This document shows, one piece after another, positions 33,382 to 39,827 of a stretch of 39,827 nucleotides of DNA. How positions within the stretch are numbered: position 1 is the stretch's first letter; each line of letters begins with the position of its first letter. Origin of the DNA: Nemertoderma westbladi (taxonomy: Eukaryota; Animalia; Xenacoelomorpha); NCBI GenBank assembly GCA_032718475.1, contig JAUCBJ010003636.1, positions 1 to 39,827 of the forward strand, read 5' to 3'. The notes beneath the pieces are model-generated. The model saw only the letters and a list, made by a program, of their open reading frames with translations. It was not told the origin of the DNA and ran no database searches. The translations under genes and the position numbers were made by a program.

Positions 33382-33580
33382 CTAGAAAATGAAAAATAAA
33401 TTCATTTTTAAAAGAAATAAAAAATAAATAGGCTTAAGTAAAAACTATTGTTTAGTTTAGTTTTTTCCCCTAAAGTATTATTCATTTTATATTAAAGTTA
33501 CTTTCACATTTCATAAAAATTTACTTTCACTTTCAAATAGCTATTATAGTTTTCTACTGTTATTATGTTATTCCACTTGC

Positions 33581-33758
33581 CTGATGTCCTGTCTGTTGGC
33601 GAACAGTAAGTAAGGTTTAACGCCGCTCGCCGCCTTACAAGAGTGGCCGTCTGAGGCCAACTGGTAACCAGGGGAACAGGTACAGAAGTAGGACCCGTAA
33701 GAGTTCACGCATTGGTGGGAGCAGACGTTGGTGTCCACACTGCTGCATTCATCAACGT
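33581..33758 (-). CDS. LRP4: LRP4-like exon (calcium-binding EGF and start of propeller 1)
   Basis: cag|AC GTT GAT GAA TGC... encodes DVDECSSVDTNVCSHQCVNSYGSYFCTCSPGYQLASDGHSCKAASGVKPYLLFANRQDIR; ends AG|GCAAGT (GC donor). Confidence 0.9.
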
Positions 33759-33867
33759 CTGGAAAGAGAAACGTAAATAAATATATTTATTCTTAAATCG
33801 TTTCTCATTAAATTAAATCAAGTTAAATTAAATCGAATTAAATTAAATCGAATTAAATTAAATCTTT

Positions 33868-34121
33868 ACACACCAATGTGAAGAATACCAGGTTTTCACT
33901 TTTTGGTCGAAATTTTATTGGAATGAATTTGGAATTATTGGGATGAATTGGATATGAAGAATTTGTATATTTTTAAGTTTCTTTTTATTAAGTGTTTTTT
34001 AGAGCTTATTTCTATTTTAATGTATACCTGTGCGGAGGCGAATTCGTTTATTATTTTGGTTAGACTCGGCTCTTCTGTAACCTGTTTTTTTTAGTGGATA
34101 CCTGGTATTCTTCACATGGGG
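33868..34121. mobile_element. Small piggyBac-like MITE (left end degenerate)
   Basis: ATGTGAAGAATACCAGG / CCTGGTATTCTTCACATGGGG|TTAA; related fragment at ~21981-22130. Confidence 0.6.
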
Positions 34122-34266
34122 TTAAACTGCAAAGTGAAATATAACAGCAGAAATTGGGTATACTTCCTTGGGCCAAATTACTGTACACTACAATTAGGGA
34201 TAACAATAACCCATAGATAGGATCAGGCGACAGAATCCTGGTGAAAAAATTTAAATAAGGGAAATT

Positions 34267-34400
34267 ACACTAGGTTATGGATTGAAATGTCACTAGGTTA
34301 TGGATTGAAATGACCTAGGTTATGGATTGAAATGACACTAGGTTATGGATTGAAATGACCTAGGTTATGGATTGAAATGACCTAGGTTATGGATTGATTG
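34267..34400. repeat. 21-23-bp tandem repeat (~6 units)
   Basis: Unit (CA)CTAGGTTATGGATTGAAATGA. Confidence 0.9.
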
Positions 34401-34621
34401 AAATCTGGTGGAATTTCTTAATTTGTTATTACGTTAATCGGTTATTTATTATGGAGAATGACAACAACAAATAAAATTCAATCATGGGTACTTGCCATTG
34501 TTAAGTCTAACGTATATTTAAATAATATGTGTTATGGTACATTACTGTATGTTAAATATCCTAAATGGAGTTCTAGAACTTTATTTGAAATCTGACATAT
34601 TGTGGAATTTGAAACTGAATA

Positions 34622-35513
34622 CACCTTTTATCTCAATACAACAACCATTTTTAGGGGGTAGGAGCCCCCCCCCCCTTTTTTTTTTCAAATACACTATCAA
34701 TAAAATGCTACGAAATTTAGTATGATGATAGATCGACACCTTTTCTTACTGCTGGCCTGACGGATATTTCGATTTATGAACTACTTCGATACAACAAGCT
34801 GTTAAAAATCGTCTATTTCGCAATATTTAGCCATCTCCGTAGACTTTATTTTACGTCTTTGGAATGAGATCTAGATATCATTAGAACCGGTTTTATCTGT
34901 AGGATTCCGAATCTGAAACCCTTTGTAAATTTCATCAATAACTTCCTGAGATATTATCAAAATTCAAAGGTATACATTATGTATGACACGTAAATCTATA
35001 TAATTCTAACGTTTTTTTTTACTCAATTCTAGAATATAAATTACACATAATGAAGAAACAATATGTAGAGTTTTAAATCAGCTAAATAATAATTAATATT
35101 CTAGAATAAAGACAACAAAACATCAGAATTATAGCGATTTACGTCTCTAAATTTACACATTAGTATTATGATAATATCTTTACCAATTTTTGGTTAAATT
35201 TACAACGGTTTTCAGATTCGGAATCTACAGACGAAGGCGGTTCTAATGATATCTAGATTACATTCCAAAGACGTAAAATAAAGTCTACGGAGGTGGTTAA
35301 ACATTGCTAAATAGACATTTTTTAAGGGCTTGTTGTATGGAAATAACTGAGAAATTGAAAAATCCGACAAGGCCAGCAGTAAGAAAAGGTGTCGATCTAT
35401 CATCATACCGAATTTCGTAGCATTTTATTGAAATTTGAAAAAAATTAGGGGGGGGGGGGGGGGGGGGGCTCCGAACCCCAAAAAATGGTTGTTGTATATT
35501 AAGGGTAATGGTG
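34622..35513. mobile_element. Palindromic MITE (~0.9 kb) with TA flanks
   Basis: TA|CACC...GGTG|TA; arms pair, e.g. GATGATAGATCGACACCTTTTCTTACTGCTGGCCT / AGGCCAGCAGTAAGAAAAGGTGTCGATCTATCATC. Confidence 0.85.
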
Positions 35514-38350
35514 TACTCTGTAGGCCTAATATAATATAATTATTATTGCCGTGAATTTGAATACCGATTCAAAAGGAAGGCGGAGCCCACTAAATACATA
35601 ATCGTTAAGTAATCGTTAACCATAAACGATTAAGTTCATCCAAAACATCAATCATTTTTACATTAATGTCGATACGTTTAAAGGAAACGCCCAGGTTGGG
35701 GGCGACAGACAGTCTGCCGACGGTCTTTACTTACACACCCAGTGTGCAGAATATCTACGAAAATACACCAAGTCACAACTCGACGCAGTCACGCAAAACT
35801 GCAGCCCGAGAGTAAGAAAGAATCAGTGTACATGTTAATTGGAGCCGCTGGCCGAAGGCATTGCGGAGTATGCCAAGGTGCCCACCCCGCTGGGTACATC
35901 TCATCACATACAAACAGATTCCAGGGATTGATTGACCACAACTAGTTGACAATAGCGCCACCGGAAAACTGCCAATTTAATTTGGTATTTTCAGAGCGGT
36001 AGAAATGACTTATAAACAGACACTTAACCCCAACAGGGATTACATTAGATGCGAATTGTCGACTTTAAGAGGGGAGATAGCACTGCTTACCTCGGGGAGA
36101 TAGCGGAAGCGAGTGGCCGTGTCAATTAGGCAGGATTTGGTGTAACTCGAAGGAGAAAGAAGGGAAATCCTGGCTGTAAGATACGGTAAATCCTAAGGAA
36201 ATACGGAGGAAAAATTCCCAATATAGAAGATTCAGGGTTAAAGTATTATGTGATGATTATCATTTACTGGGAAGGGATGGGAACTAATCACAGCGATCCA
36301 GCAGGATATGGGATCGGGGACATGTGTCACCAGGTGGCGTATAACTAGTAAGTATGTCTTGTGGAATATGAGTTGCCATCCATCCATCTTACGGTATTAC
36401 CTGTGCGTTGGTAGTAAAACTAACTCGCCTTGATCCTAAACTTATTCCAGGTTGCTGCAGTGCAATATCGTAATAGTCACTATATTTAACTGGAAAACAA
36501 ATAGGTTTTTTTTCCCGCCTATGACTCAGAAGGGGTAATTTTCTGAGCGATCGATGTTGGTTTCATATACATACATATTTTTATCCCATAAAATTGCCTT
36601 TTCAATACAGAAAAATAAGTGAGATAATATGAAAATGAAATGATCATATAGTGTAGTTAGTATATTAATATCCACTGGAATAGGGTTGGTGAGCGAAAAA
36701 ATTGTTGGGCTAGAACTTTGGGATTGTTGACTGTATACTTTTGAGATCAGCGTGCTAATTTTTCACACGTAGTGTGTGAGGGCAGATAGTCGAGTATTTC
36801 AGGATAGTAAACTACTTGAAAGCATATGTAGCTTGTGCATTAAACAGAACAACATGATTAGGAAATTACTGCTGGTAAAAAATTTCATATGGAACATTTC
36901 TGAATAATGCTTATCATAATTATTGTCTATAATAATGCGGTGCGGTGGGTCATTAGCATATTTACATATTATACAGAACCTTAAATGGATATATACAAAA
37001 AAATGTAAATGTAAATAACGACGAAAAATGATACTTTCAGTTGGAATAGTGTGGGTTGGACATTAATATTCAAAAGTGGAAGAACGCGTCTCCGTGTGTG
37101 GGGTGTGTACCCCGGTATGACTGGGCACCGATATGTCTGAGGCTGCATAACGAGAGTTTCAACTGAGGATGCACTCGCCACAGGAAGTTATAGATCCATA
37201 TCGAGGCAAGACGTTCTTACTCTTCGTATTATCGGACGTTTAATTATCAATCAATAGATTTCGTACCGGAGTTATTGAATGAAAGACAGGCGTATCGGTG
37301 CCAGATCCTCGGGCTTAAAGGACAGACAGGCGGGCAACTTCCAACTACATTCGTATGCGAAGAACTCTTGGATCAAAGCATCATCACTTGCAGGGAATCG
37401 TTATGCGGCACACTGTGTTAGGCCGCGGAGATTATGCCTAATATTTACCACCCGCTAAGTTGACTATATTATTATAGTTAGACATTGAGACTACAAGAGG
37501 ACTAAACTGCAGGCATATTAGTACAATAAATATCACACATGCAATCCGGGCATACGTACATTCATTCATACAACTCCTACAGTACAAATACATAAAGATA
37601 CAATTATTGGTAGGGTTAGCAGTAAACTGTATAGTCTAATATTAATTGAAATCCGACTGACATGACATAAGTCAACACCTTCTATCTCATAGTTCATTAT
37701 GTCACACTCACAACTAAACCCTCACTCGTCACTCCATAAACTGTTTACTCACGTCATACTGGCTCTCATGTCATTATTCTATCTCATGAGAAGATTTTTC
37801 GGCCCTATTATACTTTCTCACCAACACTCACTCTCTCTCTCACTCACATTCACATCGTCAGTACTTAGATATGGTTCACACGGAACTACTGCGGCATACA
37901 AATCAGTAAGGTAATAACGCATCTACATTTATTGCTCAGCACAATGTGCCAATCTAAGCTTAAGTATCAAATCTCTATAAATGGGCAATAAAAACCAACG
38001 TATCGAACAATTATAACTAAGAAAAGGCACAAAACCTTGAATAAATCGCCATTAATATAAGAAACAATTACCTATAATTTGGGGAACTCGGCCGGTAAAT
38101 TGCTTTAACAAGCGGCGACGCGGTTGTTTAAACTGGTATATTAGCCTTCCAAGGGACCAATAATAGACCAACTGCCACTACATTTATTAAATTAATTCAC
38201 TTTATATCTTTAAATTAATTTTAGGTTATTTTATTATTATAAATAGATGGATCAGTTGAAACGAACCCAATAAAGAATCCGGTCACGCGAATAATTGAGG
38301 CCGCGGTTTCCCTATGTGAACCGAAATTAGATGTAATATAATATACGGTA

Positions 38351-38471
38351 ACTCGTGTAACGAACTCACTCGTGTAACGAACTCACTCGTGTAACGAACT
38401 CACTCGTGTAACGAACTCACTCGTGTAACGAACTCACTCGTGTAACGAACTCACTCGTGTAACGAACTCAC
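38351..38471. repeat. 17-bp tandem repeat x7, each unit containing a GTGAGT donor consensus on the minus strand
   Basis: Unit ACTCGTGTAACGAACTC; ACTCAC at 38364, 38381, 38398, 38415, 38432, 38449 and 38466. Confidence 0.95.
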
Positions 38472-38574
38472 CGATACAGGAATATCCGTTGTCGTGTAAC
38501 TCGAAACCCATCAGACAGATGCAACGCTTCACGCTCATTGATACCATTTCGCAGATCTGGTCGCAGCCGCCGTT
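38472..38574 (-). CDS. LRP4: LRP4-like exon (first EGF module)
   Basis: cag|AAC GGC GGC TGC... encodes NGGCDQICEMVSMSVKRCICLMGFELHDNGYSCI, then G|gtgagt; the phase-1 join gives the DVDEC Asp. Confidence 0.88.
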
Positions 38575-38714
38575 CTGAAATAATTACCACATAAATCGTT
38601 ACATTGATAATAAACCTAAATATGAATTGATATACATTAATATGATAAGCAGCAATTAATATTAAGATGTGTTAATTATTATCACTTTAAATTTGTTTGA
38701 CAAATTAAAATTAA

Positions 38715-39200
38715 TAATATATTTATTACTTCGGGAAAAAAGTAGAACTTTCTTTCATTATTCTCGAGGTATTTTATTTACCGTGCGGCAGCGAAGTTAA
38801 TAAAGGGTCGAGAGAATGCTTTTTAGTTTCTTAATTCTTAAATAAAATATAGAGCGATTTCAATTATTGAACTCTTCAACTCTCGATGCTGACTTACTCA
38901 ATGTTAAATAATGTTCTAGAATATTTATTACGTAACTAGAGAGCCGCTTAACAACATAAACCAATATTGGATATTGAGTTCCGTTTTGGAGTTCGCCGCG
39001 CAGACATGGATTTTGCTAAAATTACTTCCAAACCTTTTCTACTTCGATGCTCTTTAAAAACATGTAATTTATGAAATGCCACCAAAAATAATTTAATTTT
39101 GTTTTTTCGCCGGGAAAAAAGTAAAATCAATGCAAAATTACAGGTTACTTTTCCCCTGCGGTAAAAGACCACCCGAGACAAAAAGTAACAATTTAAGAAA
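38715..39200. mobile_element. Second, internally deleted copy of the 2011-2735 element
   Basis: Shares TCATTATTCTCGAGG..TAATAAAGGGTCGAGAGAAT, CTCTTCAACTCTCGATGCTG and TTTTCGCCGGGAAAAAAGTAAAATCAATGCAA. Confidence 0.8.
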
Positions 39201-39814
39201 ATCGGTAGTTTCGAAGTTTTTGTACCTTCGAACAGTTTGGACCAAACGAGCTAGTTAGGTTAGGAGAATATGATACTTTTTATCGAAGTCGGCTTACTTA
39301 TTATTCCTTAAGAATAAAAGTAATTAAACTTTACGGGATTGAAGTGGGAAGAATCGCTATTCCAAGAGGAACTTATAGAGGGTTGGGTTGGAGTATCGGT
39401 GGAATTGGGATTCAATGCTACCGAGGCAGATAACTCTAAACGCCTAAGTGCGGTCCGTTCGGGGTCGGGTAAGCGGCTCGGACGCGCGGATTAAGATGCC
39501 CCAAGTCGGAGGTGATAATCCCAGATGTGTTTCACTAATTAATTAAACAATCAGCAAACGGGAACATCGCTGAAAGTCCCTGAGGACCAAAGGAATTTAC
39601 TGGGATTCTATTCGCTTCCCAAGAAAACATTTACAGTAGCGCGTCTGGCACCTCGAATACCCGTAAAAACTCTTTAAATAAAACAAAGGATATTTAACTT
39701 ATGTCTTATAGTCACATATTTTACTGCCGTACGTCCATTCCTTGTGATATGATTGTAATATAATTATTAATGCAACGAATCTCCCAAAAACAGTAAAGAA
39801 TAACTAATAATTAC

Positions 39815-39827
39815 CTGAGTATCACAG
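39815..39827 (-). CDS. LRP4: 3' end of the upstream LRP4-like exon (cut by the window edge)
   Basis: c TGT GAT ACT CAG|gtaatt gives CDTQ, which supplies the missing first Cys of the EGF (CDTQ-NGGC) at phase 0; only 13 nt are visible. Confidence 0.65.

Noticed and set aside
20993-38574. LRP5/6 or LDLR/VLDLR identity for the minus-strand gene
   Set aside because: Two EGFs before the propeller argue against LRP5/6, and a following propeller argues against LDLR/VLDLR. Motifs such as LLFANR.DIR, LEKPRAI, HPFAITVFED and FPMD fit LRP4 best, though a phylogeny is needed to exclude LRP1/2-type relatives.

Overview
Eukaryotic (invertebrate-animal-like) nuclear DNA with AT-rich, repeat-dense non-coding sequence and GC-richer coding islands. 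A multi-exon LRP4-type receptor gene runs on the minus strand from the right edge. Seven exons (the first partial) splice in frame, one through a GC-AG intron, and encode EGF, EGF-Ca, a YWTD beta-propeller and EGF. The last visible exon (20993-21151) ends in an intact GT donor, and I found no next exon in the remaining ~21 kb. That interval holds three complete, intron-free plus-strand genes (RBM45, PITHD1 and MOV10L1/Armitage-like piRNA helicase), which therefore appear to be nested antisense in one LRP4 intron. Also present are a 5'-truncated but uninterrupted RTE-like LINE RT head-to-head with MOV10L1, a ~1.9 kb 39-bp tandem array with an open 13-aa repeat frame, and an orphan ~359-aa ORF in another LRP4 intron. 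Non-autonomous DNA transposons (hAT-, Tc1/mariner/pogo-, piggyBac-, Kolobok- and foldback-like, often nested) and minisatellites are numerous. I saw no CRISPR, rRNA or intact tRNA. All calls come from manual reading and recalled family motifs; no database searches were run.
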